From positions 2,562-66,561 of the forward strand of contig LCMS01000005.1 of NCBI GenBank assembly GCA_001002765.1: a stretch of DNA of 64,000 bases, read 5' to 3'. The stretch is from Candidatus Uhrbacteria bacterium GW2011_GWE2_46_68. GTDB lineage: Bacteria > Patescibacteriota > Patescibacteriia > UBA9934 > GWF2-40-263. The notes below the pieces were generated by a model. That model saw only the letters and a program-made list of their open reading frames with translations, was not told the DNA's origin and ran no database searches. Positions 19,829 to 27,695 of this stretch are shown here, in pieces (position 1 is the stretch's first letter; every line of letters begins with the position of its first letter). A program made the position numbers and the translations under genes.

Positions 19829-20824
19829 CTAGATAAGCAAGGCTTCCTCTTCTTCACTGAGCGTTCCAAGTTGGCATTTTCCGAAATCCAGAATTCCAAA
19901 ACCAGGATAGTGTTCGCCGTGAGCCACTCCATACACGACCACGTATCTTCCATTTGGAGAGCAAACGATGCTGCTGATTTGAGAGAATTTTTGGATGCTT
20001 TTTATGATCTTGCGCGTGAGAAGATCTATCACACGAAGCACTTTTTGCGTTCCCACAAGGAGAAATCTTCCACAACTCGTAAAGGCAATTACCTGGATGG
20101 AAAAGTTACGATGAAGGCCTAATTTGATCGTGTGAGATTTTTTTTCTTTCAGATCCATGACCGTCAATTCCGCATCTCCGCTTTTGAAGGCAAGCGTCCG
20201 ACCGTTGGGAGAAAGGGCGATCGTTTCGGTGTCCCAATCATTTCTCGTAGCGCAAAGTTGTTTTTCTCTCCACCAATTCCAGATCAAGCGCTTGTTTACG
20301 GAAACAGTGCCATCTCCTTTGAAGCAAAGGAAGCTTTCACCATTTTGAGCCATCAATGTTCCTCTCACAATTCCGCGGTATCGTAGATGTGCGGATCGTT
20401 TTTTTTCCTTCATTGAAACGACCCGCATGGATCCGTATCGAGAAACAATGAGAATCGATGTTCCATCTGGAAAGAAGCCAAAAGAAGCAATGTGATATTC
20501 ATGTGATATTGTCTCGAAGCATTCCAAGCCGCTTTCATCCCTTATCGTGCAAAAGAACACATTATTTTCGATCGCCATGGCAATGATTTGTGGGTCCCTG
20601 GGAGAAAAGGCTATGCAGATAATTTCCTGTTGTATGGGATAAAGGAATCTTTCCACAAAATTTCCATCACCGATTTTACGAATATGGACAAAGTTGCGCT
20701 CACCAGCAGTTCTCTCAATACCCGCGAGATATTGTCCGTTGCAGGAAAAAATAGGTCCTCGAACACATTCGATATAAAGGGAAAGTGTGGGGTCTGGAAT
20801 GACAAGAGGCGGAACTCCAGTCAT
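19829..20824 (-). CDS. WD40 / PD40-like beta-propeller repeat protein (331 aa)
   Basis: Repeated FSPDG / SPNGR blade motifs; no signal peptide; start ATG is preceded by AGGAGGGTTC, identical to the next gene. Confidence 0.75.
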   Translation of the reverse strand: MTGVPPLVIPDPTLSLYIECVRGPIFSCNGQYLAGIERTAGERNFVHIRKIGDGNFVERFLYPIQQEIICIAFSPRDPQIIAMAIENNVFFCTIRDESGLECFETISHEYHIASFGFFPDGTSILIVSRYGSMRVVSMKEKKRSAHLRYRGIVRGTLMAQNGESFLCFKGDGTVSVNKRLIWNWWREKQLCATRNDWDTETIALSPNGRTLAFKSGDAELTVMDLKEKKSHTIKLGLHRNFSIQVIAFTSCGRFLLVGTQKVLRVIDLLTRKIIKSIQKFSQISSIVCSPNGRYVVVYGVAHGEHYPGFGILDFGKCQLGTLSEEEEALLI

Positions 20825-20845
20825 GAACCCTCCTTATGTTTGAAA

Positions 20846-20903
20846 GAACAAAACCTTTCGGTGCGTGGCCGAGTTGTTCGGCTGCGCGCAGAAAGGGGCG
20901 AGA
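20846..20903 (-). promoter_or_regulatory. Copy A of the conserved ~55-nt intergenic stem-loop element (outer stem CCTTTCTGC/GCACCGAAAGG, inner variable hairpin, then TTTTGTTCTTTC in gene sense); putative attenuator, processing site or 5'-UTR RNA motif
   Basis: Three near-identical copies at 20846-20903, 21957-22013 and 24714-24771, with compensatory changes in the inner hairpin. Confidence 0.6.
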
Positions 20904-20934
20904 GTTTCGTATCTCACCCACGTAAAGGACAGGT

Positions 20935-21903
20935 TCAAATATAGATGGCAGCTTCTTCGGGGGACAGTGATCCGAGATTGGGACCATCAAAATCAAAGAC
21001 ACTGAGTGTGCATTGGTCTTTCACTGAAGGATCGTTGTGTGTATTGACAACAAGCCTGCTCCAATCTTGAGAGAAGCAGAATGAACATACAGATTGTACA
21101 AATCCTTCTATCCTTCCCTTTTCCTGCCAAGTATCTGTACTCCAGAACCTCAATGAACAATCTGATGATCCAGATGCAATCAGTTTTCCATCCGGAGAAA
21201 ACGCGACTCCATACACAATTGATCCGTGTTCAATAGATGCACACTGCTGCGCTGTTTCCACATCCCAGATTTTTACTGTGGTATCCTCTGATCCCGACGC
21301 CATCAGGTTTCCATCCGGAGAAAACGCAACAGTGTGAATGCGACTCTTGTGTCCAGTCAGTCTTTGTTTTACTTGTCTTGTGTGTATATCAATAATTATG
21401 ACCATGTCATCCGAGTATCCTATTGCCACGAACTGTCCGTTTGGAGAAAACACAGCGGATTCGACAGACCTTCCTCTTTTTATTTCTCCAATGTCCAGTA
21501 CTAATTCTTCTGTTAGGACATTCCAGATATAGGTTTGATATCCATCACCCGAACAAAAGACGCACGTTCCATCAGGAGAAAAAGCAACAATGCGACAGAG
21601 GGCTATCCTCTGTCCAAGAAGTTGAGGATCTCTATGAGGATCATTCAAAGAAAAAATCTTCGGCAGCGATTGATTTTCCCCAACAATCAAGAGGTTCCCA
21701 TTAGGAGAAAGCGCAAATGCCTCGACGGGAATAGAGAATATTCTTTGGTGACAACAGACTCCCGTTTCCCCATGCCAAAAGCGCATGAACTGATTTTCCC
21801 CCATAGACACAATTCGACGTCCATTGTTGGAAATTCTTACGGTGCGGACATAAGACTCATGACCGACAAAAAGTCTTTTCTGTTTGGGAACAGCAAAACT
21901 CAT
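20935..21903 (-). CDS. WD40-repeat protein (about 322 aa from the ATG at 21903; a TTG at 21927 extends the ORF)
   Basis: Canonical WD40 signatures (GH...WD, TGHKSRIHTVAFSPDGNLMASGSEDTTVKIWDV); same AGGAGGGTTC-ATG context as the previous gene. Confidence 0.8.
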   Translation of the reverse strand: MSFAVPKQKRLFVGHESYVRTVRISNNGRRIVSMGENQFMRFWHGETGVCCHQRIFSIPVEAFALSPNGNLLIVGENQSLPKIFSLNDPHRDPQLLGQRIALCRIVAFSPDGTCVFCSGDGYQTYIWNVLTEELVLDIGEIKRGRSVESAVFSPNGQFVAIGYSDDMVIIIDIHTRQVKQRLTGHKSRIHTVAFSPDGNLMASGSEDTTVKIWDVETAQQCASIEHGSIVYGVAFSPDGKLIASGSSDCSLRFWSTDTWQEKGRIEGFVQSVCSFCFSQDWSRLVVNTHNDPSVKDQCTLSVFDFDGPNLGSLSPEEAAIYI

Positions 21904-21956
21904 GAACCCTCCTTCCCACTTCGCCAAGGCTACGTGGGATGTATGTTTTTTTGAAT

Positions 21957-22013
21957 GAACGAAACCTTTCGGTGCTCTGCCGAGATTTTCAGCAGTGCGC
22001 AGAAAGGGGCGAG
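21957..22013 (-). promoter_or_regulatory. Copy B of the conserved intergenic stem-loop element
   Basis: See copy A; the inner hairpin here is CTGA...TCGG, with a G-U wobble replacing the CCGA/TCGG pairing. Confidence 0.6.
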
Positions 22014-22034
22014 GACGTATTCCTCACCCTTGAT

Positions 22035-24674
22035 TTACATGAGACGCACCGGTCGTGCCGGAGGTGTCTTTGGAATCTTTTCTCCTCTCAATACTCGCTC
22101 ACAGTGAGTGGCAATCGTTTCGTATCCTTGCGGGAGCCAGCGGCGCGAACTCGTGTACTTGATGGCCGCAAGGGTCATCTTGGCGATCTGCTCTTGGGAA
22201 GCCGCAGGGAGGAAATCCCCAACCGCCTGATCGAAATCCGCTTCGCTCACAATCTCGCGCCCATCCTCAAGTGATCGCTGGGCCGCCAGTCGCACAATGA
22301 CCTCGATATCCGCACCAGACCATCCGTCTGTTGTTGCAGCCAATCTGCCGAAATCCGTTACGTCACTCTCATATCCATATCGCCGCAGCATCACAGGGAA
22401 CAAGTCACGACGCGTGGCATCATCGGGCATAAGAAGGGGGATACGTTCATCCGTACGTCCGGAGCGAATGAGTGCAGCGTCCAGTCGATCAGGCCGGTTA
22501 CTGCAGCTGATGACAAAGATCTTGCCGCGAATCTTTGGATCGGAAAGAAACTCCATCCATCCGCGACGCAGACGCGCCGATACACCGGAATCACCTTGAA
22601 ACGCATCACGTCCACTGTCTTCTTCATCCACTTCATCTCGCAAGACAACAATCGGAGCCAGGCTCCGCATAGCCGCAAACGTTTCTTCCATCTTACGCTC
22701 GGTTTCACCCACCCACATGGTGCGCACATTGCGAATCTTCACAAACAAGACGCCGCATTCGTGCGCGAACGCCTCGGCGATTGCGGTCTTTCCCGTTCCA
22801 GGGGGACCGATCAGGAGGCATCCCATGGGCACACGACGCGCATCACCGCTTTGAATCCAATCACGTACATGGGCAAAAAAGCTCTTGATGTGATCGAGTC
22901 CGGCGATTCCTTCAAATCCGTAAGCAGGATCCACAATGTCCATGAGATGACCATAGGTTCGCCGCAAGATTTTGATGCGGGCGGAGAGCACTTCTCCTGT
23001 TGTGACCACACGTTCGTCTGCTCGGGCAGACAAGAAAATTTCGAGCAGGTCTCGATAGCCGAGTCCTTGGCACAGTCGTGCGATTTCCTCAATGCCTTCT
23101 TTGGGCTTTGGGAATCGGGAAGGCACATCACCCTGTCGAGCCATTTCTTTCTCAAGTCGTTTGATCCATTGTTGCTTGGCAACAATATCCGCGTTCGACG
23201 GATTTTCGAATTGCTTTTCGAGTTCGGCGATTTCCATTTCGATATCCTTGCGTTCCTTTGCAAGTTGCTTGTCGAGAACGACGCGCAAAGCATCGCATTT
23301 CGCTACAGACTCATCATAAGCCTGCCTTGCACATACCACAGATTCAGACGGAGGGAAATTGCGAACATCGGTCTCAATCACTGAAATCTCATCGGCAAGT
23401 GTCTTTGCCTCATGTGATCCATAGGTCAAAACGGCTTGTGAAGTGGATTCTTTGCCACCGGGTTTTGCCGAAGCTCGCCGTGTCACTGATCTGTCCGCAT
23501 TCATCTTGATTCGAATCGGTTCTCCTTCCGTGCTCATAAATACTTCACCCGGGCGATCTGCGCGTTCCAGGGAAATTTCCCCGTTAGAGTAGATTTCCCA
23601 TACACGCATAGGTCGTCCAGCGTTGGTGGAGAGCCATCCGCCCTTTTTGATGGTTTTCCAGTTTTGCGGAGTGATGGCACCAAATTGCAGGGAAGGATCT
23701 TGATCACGCCTAACCTTCAAATCGAGCAATGCCTTTTGCGTTTCATTTGTTTCTCGTGCAATACGCAGGGCATCTTTGGCATTTTCCGCATGGAGTGTCA
23801 CAAAGAGTGCATGGGATTTGGCAAGCGCATCTTGCATCTGTGGATTTGCACCCAGATCCTGATCCATACGCGCGAGAATTTCGCGGCGTTTACCCATCTC
23901 AATTCGCAGTCGAGATTCTTCTTTGGAAATGAGAGCGGCATGTTCCAACTGCGACTGCCTGATTTGTTTTGCCAGATCATCACTTTCCGTAATACGCGCA
24001 AGAAACATCTTGCGTTCAGCCTCGGACGGCCGAGCGACACGGATGACCTTGAAGGGAGCATCGTGTCGACGCAGACGTTCATCAACTGCTTGGATTGCCG
24101 GAGTGCTCATGAGAATACGATGTCCGGCTGATCGAAACACAGGAGATCCCGCGAGTTGGATCAATGCCAAGCTGATCGTTGCCGATACACCCGCCATGGC
24201 ATTTCCCTCCGAGGATGGACAGAGCGCATCTGCATCCGGGAGGATCAATAGACAGGGGACAGGGGGCTTCTCTTGCGGGCATAGGGCGAGGACTTGTTGG
24301 AGAATCGGCAGGGCGGCTTGCGGGTTCCGCGGAAGATCCTGCTGCTGCATCATCTGCCTGCGTTGTTTGGCAATGGGATCGTTTACGTCCTGTTGTGTGC
24401 CTTGTGTTTTTTCAAAGATTTTTACGAATCGTTTGTGATCATCTTCACGCGGAAACGTGAAGCCACGTGCCACATCAAAGACCACGACCATTTCACCGTT
24501 TGCAAAAGCATCACAGACCACATCTTCCCAACGAAGCAAGACATCCATGTGCTCAAGTTCGGCCAGACACGGTCTGGGGAACCCATCACCCACAGAACCT
24601 ATACACAAAACAGCGGTTGCACCGCAGCGGAAACTCCGTTGTACGTCTTCAAGCCAGGACAGTGGAGTGTCCAT
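22035..24674 (-). CDS. Large AAA+ ATPase (880 aa from ATG 24674; the ORF opens at 24800): C-terminal classical AAA domain (CDC48/FtsH-like), N-terminal ~560-aa uncharacterised region with coiled coils
   Basis: Walker A GPPGTGKT; Walker B VVLRDEVDE; sensor-1/arginine-finger region SCSNRPDRLDAALIRSGRTDERI; start MDTPLSWL preceded by GAGG Shine-Dalgarno; coding sequence is GC-rich relative to the rest of the window. Confidence 0.8.
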   Translation of the reverse strand: MDTPLSWLEDVQRSFRCGATAVLCIGSVGDGFPRPCLAELEHMDVLLRWEDVVCDAFANGEMVVVFDVARGFTFPREDDHKRFVKIFEKTQGTQQDVNDPIAKQRRQMMQQQDLPRNPQAALPILQQVLALCPQEKPPVPCLLILPDADALCPSSEGNAMAGVSATISLALIQLAGSPVFRSAGHRILMSTPAIQAVDERLRRHDAPFKVIRVARPSEAERKMFLARITESDDLAKQIRQSQLEHAALISKEESRLRIEMGKRREILARMDQDLGANPQMQDALAKSHALFVTLHAENAKDALRIARETNETQKALLDLKVRRDQDPSLQFGAITPQNWKTIKKGGWLSTNAGRPMRVWEIYSNGEISLERADRPGEVFMSTEGEPIRIKMNADRSVTRRASAKPGGKESTSQAVLTYGSHEAKTLADEISVIETDVRNFPPSESVVCARQAYDESVAKCDALRVVLDKQLAKERKDIEMEIAELEKQFENPSNADIVAKQQWIKRLEKEMARQGDVPSRFPKPKEGIEEIARLCQGLGYRDLLEIFLSARADERVVTTGEVLSARIKILRRTYGHLMDIVDPAYGFEGIAGLDHIKSFFAHVRDWIQSGDARRVPMGCLLIGPPGTGKTAIAEAFAHECGVLFVKIRNVRTMWVGETERKMEETFAAMRSLAPIVVLRDEVDEEDSGRDAFQGDSGVSARLRRGWMEFLSDPKIRGKIFVISCSNRPDRLDAALIRSGRTDERIPLLMPDDATRRDLFPVMLRRYGYESDVTDFGRLAATTDGWSGADIEVIVRLAAQRSLEDGREIVSEADFDQAVGDFLPAASQEQIAKMTLAAIKYTSSRRWLPQGYETIATHCERVLRGEKIPKTPPARPVRLM

Positions 24675-24713
24675 GAAAGACCTCGAGGTTAGGTTGTTGA
24701 GAGGAGTTGTAAA

Positions 24714-24771
24714 GAACAAAACCTTTCGGTGCACTTCCGAGTTTCCTCGGCAGCGCGCAGAAAGGGCGATG
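24714..24771 (-). promoter_or_regulatory. Copy C of the conserved intergenic stem-loop element (inner hairpin CCGAG-GAAA-CTCGG)
   Basis: See copy A. Confidence 0.6.
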
Positions 24772-25404
24772 TTAGCGTGACATCGCCGTGTGACCATCAA
24801 GCCCCATCAGGTTCAAGATAGCCAACGCTTTTGAGTAATCCGTAACCCCGGTTATTTGGACAGCTCGATTTTCATGCATTCTGACCTCGAGATGAGAACC
24901 GGAAAGATCATCCATACAGTACCGGTCGGTCAAAAGGTGAATCCTTTGGTTACCCGATCCTCGCAGAGGAAGACCTTCAGTGTGGTGACGGATTTGGAAC
25001 GGACCGTCGATCAACACATCAATATGTTGGAGCAGATTTTGTGTTCCCCTTGATGCACGTCGTCCTTCCAGGCGTCTGCGTGTATATCCTGACCAAGCCA
25101 AGGTGGATAGACCAAGGATGTGAACAGCCTCGCAGAGTTCGGACAAGACAATCGCCTGATCAAACGGTTCACCGCCGGAAATGCTGATCCCTTCAATTCC
25201 GTATTCTTCTTTGGCCTTTCGGATTTTTTGCAACATTCGCCACAGAGCGATATCAGCTTTTGGATCTTGATCCAGGTAGAAGGGGGAGATGCATCCCGGG
25301 CAGCGAATCCTGCAGCCACGCACCCATAGGCAGGCCCGAAGGCCCGGTCCCATGGCACGCGTTGCCGGTTCGAAGTGCCCAAGATTGATCGTCTTTTTTC
25401 CCAT
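24772..25404 (-). CDS. nrdG: Anaerobic ribonucleotide reductase activating protein-like radical-SAM enzyme (NrdG family)
   Basis: GPGLRACLWVRGCRIRCPGC (CxxxCxxC), GISISGGEP, WSGYT, VLIDGPF, LRGSGNQ are collinear with E. coli NrdG motifs; no nrdD is visible in the window. Confidence 0.75.
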   Translation of the reverse strand: MGKKTINLGHFEPATRAMGPGLRACLWVRGCRIRCPGCISPFYLDQDPKADIALWRMLQKIRKAKEEYGIEGISISGGEPFDQAIVLSELCEAVHILGLSTLAWSGYTRRRLEGRRASRGTQNLLQHIDVLIDGPFQIRHHTEGLPLRGSGNQRIHLLTDRYCMDDLSGSHLEVRMHENRAVQITGVTDYSKALAILNLMGLDGHTAMSR

Positions 25405-25409
25405 GGCGT

Positions 25410-25625
25410 CTAGTTCTTTGCTCGGGCAGGAGCGTTTGGAATCGCCTGCGGGATTCCGGGGTCTTCGGAGCGTTCGTCCATCTCTTCGATGCCGGCGCCT
25501 AAAAGATCCAAGATGACCTTCATTCGTTCTGCGACTGCACGGCAGCCGGGACCAGGAGGGATGTCCACATCCACATTGCTTCGACCGCTTTTGGGATCAA
25601 TGATGACCGTGATGCGGCGGCTCAT
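25410..25625 (-). CDS. Small hypothetical protein (71 aa) with strong GGAGG Shine-Dalgarno; stop-start coupled to the upstream 172-aa ORF (TGA-n-ATG); ends 5 nt before nrdG
   Basis: ORF 25410..25664 trimmed to the internal Met with the best RBS; function unknown. Confidence 0.4.
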   Translation of the reverse strand: MSRRITVIIDPKSGRSNVDVDIPPGPGCRAVAERMKVILDLLGAGIEEMDERSEDPGIPQAIPNAPARAKN

Positions 25626-25626
25626 A

Positions 25627-26145
25627 TCAGACCTCCTCACGCAGATTGGTGGAGAGGATGACAAGGCCGTTACTGGTCGTTTGCTCGGTTGGCGTTCCGC
25701 CGATCAGTTGGAGCATGGCCTTGTACGCTTCGATTCGGTAGGCATCTTCCAATACCTTGGTCATTTGCTCGAGCTTGTGTGATCCTCTTTCCATTGCGTA
25801 TCCGTTCCAAAACAGAAGCAAAGTTGTTCCATCAAGCGCAACACCCAGTTGAACATCTCCTGATTGGAGCACACCTACACAAGTTCCATTGGGAGGGGCG
25901 CCACTTGCTGTCTGATAACTGGTGCTGTTGTCGTGGGAATCCTTGATTCTGCAGTTGTTGATCTTTGCTGCCGCTCGAGCGATGGCGCGCTTGGCCACTT
26001 CTTTTCGGATTGTCGACCAGTTGAGTCCTCGCAATTGACGTGCGAGCGCAGGGTCGGTCCTTTCAAGTTTCCTAAGTACATCATCCACACTGTCGCCTTG
26101 ATGCGAGAGCGTTTTTTGATGAAGTACATTCCAGTGTTGGCTCAT
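25627..26145 (-). CDS. Hypothetical protein (172 aa), first gene of the GC-rich minus-strand cluster; GGAGG RBS
   Basis: Intact ORF with protein-like composition; no recognisable motif. Confidence 0.45.
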   Translation of the reverse strand: MSQHWNVLHQKTLSHQGDSVDDVLRKLERTDPALARQLRGLNWSTIRKEVAKRAIARAAAKINNCRIKDSHDNSTSYQTASGAPPNGTCVGVLQSGDVQLGVALDGTTLLLFWNGYAMERGSHKLEQMTKVLEDAYRIEAYKAMLQLIGGTPTEQTTSNGLVILSTNLREEV

Positions 26146-26386
26146 AAGACCTCCATATGTGGGGGTTTGGGGGGTAAAGAACTGCGTTCCGCCTATGAGG
26201 GAGAACGCAATTTTTTATCAAAAAATAGCCAAAAAGTCAACGATTCTGCCTGTCTTTTGTGCCCTTTTAGACCTCATCAAAATGAACAAGAGAAAAATCG
26301 TTATTTTTCCCCAGTTTTTTGAGATTTTTCATTGCCCGTTCCCTTGGTTTGCGATACCATAAGAACGTTATTCTTTACGTATTTTT

Positions 26387-27685
26387 ATGCCCAAATCATC
26401 GGTTTCCACGATCGGATCCTTTCTTGGTCAGACTGTGACGCTTTCCGGTTGGGCATATAATTTTCGCTCAAGCGGAAAGATTTTTTTCTTGCAGTTTCGC
26501 GATGGTACTGGTCGCATCCAGGTAGTCTATTCCAAATCCCAGTTGTCGGAGGATCAATGGGCGGCTTTGGAATCGTTAAAAATGGAGTCCTCGGTTACGA
26601 TTACAGGAGTAGTTAAACAAGACGATCGTGCTCCATCTGGTTATGAAATTGATGGCGCGGCGTTTTCTATTATTCAACTTGCTCCGGACGATTATCCTAT
26701 TTCCAAGAAAGATCATGGACCTGATTTTCTTTTGGATCATCGCCATTTGTGGTTGCGCTCCGAACGCCAATGGGCCATTCAACGCGTGCGCGATACGATC
26801 ATTCACGCTACCTATGACTTCATGCGCGAGGAAGGATTTATAAAATTCGATTCCCCGATTTTGACACCCAATGCCTGTGAGGGAACCACCGAGCTTTTTG
26901 AAATGGATTATTTTGAAGAAGCAAAGGCGTACCTCTCTCAATCAGGACAGCTTTATTTGGAAGCGGGGATCATGAGCTTTGGTCGCGTGTTTGATTTTGG
27001 TCCTGTGTTTCGTGCCGAGAAATCCAAGACACGTCGTCATTTGACCGAGTTTTGGATGATGGATGCGGAGGCCGCATTTGTGGAGCACGAAGAAAACATG
27101 CAAACACAAGAAGCCTTAGTCGTTCGCATTGTTCAAGATGTGCTTGCAAAAAATCGCGGAGAGTTGGCTTTGTTGGAACGGGATGTTTCCGCTTTGGAAA
27201 AAATACAAGCCCCGTTTGTTCATCTCACCCACAAAGATGCTGTCGTGAGACTGCGTGAGCTTGGAAGTGATATTGGAGAACGTGATGATTTGGGTGCGGA
27301 CGACGAGACTTTGTTGACGAAGCTTTATGATCGTCCGATTTTTGTGGAAAAATATCCTTCCGAGGTGAAAGCGTTTTATATGAAGCGAGATCCTGTGGAA
27401 ACAGATCGCGTGCTTGGAAATGATCTTTTGGCTCCGGAAGGATATGGAGAAATCATCGGCGGCAGTCAGCGCGAGGATGATTATGAAATTTTAAAACAAC
27501 GCATTATAGATCACGGATTACCTTTGGAACCTTTTGCTTGGTATCTTGATTTGCGCAAATACGGATCCGTTCCTCATGCAGGATTTGGGTATGGACTTGA
27601 GCGCATTGTCGGATGGATTTGCGGGACCCAACATATTCGCGAGACCATTCCATTTCCTCGCCTTATCAATCGTTTGACACCTTAA
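26387..27685 (+). CDS. asnS: Asparaginyl-tRNA synthetase
   Basis: 432 aa; N-terminal OB fold; class II motifs FRAEKSKTRRHLTEFWMMDAEAAF characteristic of AsnRS. Confidence 0.8.
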   Translation: MPKSSVSTIGSFLGQTVTLSGWAYNFRSSGKIFFLQFRDGTGRIQVVYSKSQLSEDQWAALESLKMESSVTITGVVKQDDRAPSGYEIDGAAFSIIQLAPDDYPISKKDHGPDFLLDHRHLWLRSERQWAIQRVRDTIIHATYDFMREEGFIKFDSPILTPNACEGTTELFEMDYFEEAKAYLSQSGQLYLEAGIMSFGRVFDFGPVFRAEKSKTRRHLTEFWMMDAEAAFVEHEENMQTQEALVVRIVQDVLAKNRGELALLERDVSALEKIQAPFVHLTHKDAVVRLRELGSDIGERDDLGADDETLLTKLYDRPIFVEKYPSEVKAFYMKRDPVETDRVLGNDLLAPEGYGEIIGGSQREDDYEILKQRIIDHGLPLEPFAWYLDLRKYGSVPHAGFGYGLERIVGWICGTQHIRETIPFPRLINRLTP

Positions 27686-27695
27686 GCGTATTGTT

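Noticed and set aside
19769-20122. Plus-strand ORFs antisense to the WD40 and AAA genes (e.g. 19769..20122, 22596..23384, 23664..24131, 23923..24438) and the many ORFs antisense to ribosomal protein genes
   Set aside because: They lie entirely within well-supported genes on the opposite strand, lack RBS and homology, and have low-complexity, stop-avoiding composition typical of GC-rich antisense frames.
22035-22400. RRYGY in the AAA protein as a possible glycyl-radical (RxxGY) site for the adjacent NrdG-like activase
   Set aside because: It sits in the standard AAA alpha-helical lid segment (..RRYGYESDVTDFGRLAATTDGWSGADI..) about 80 aa from the C-terminus, not in a glycyl-radical domain context; probably coincidental.
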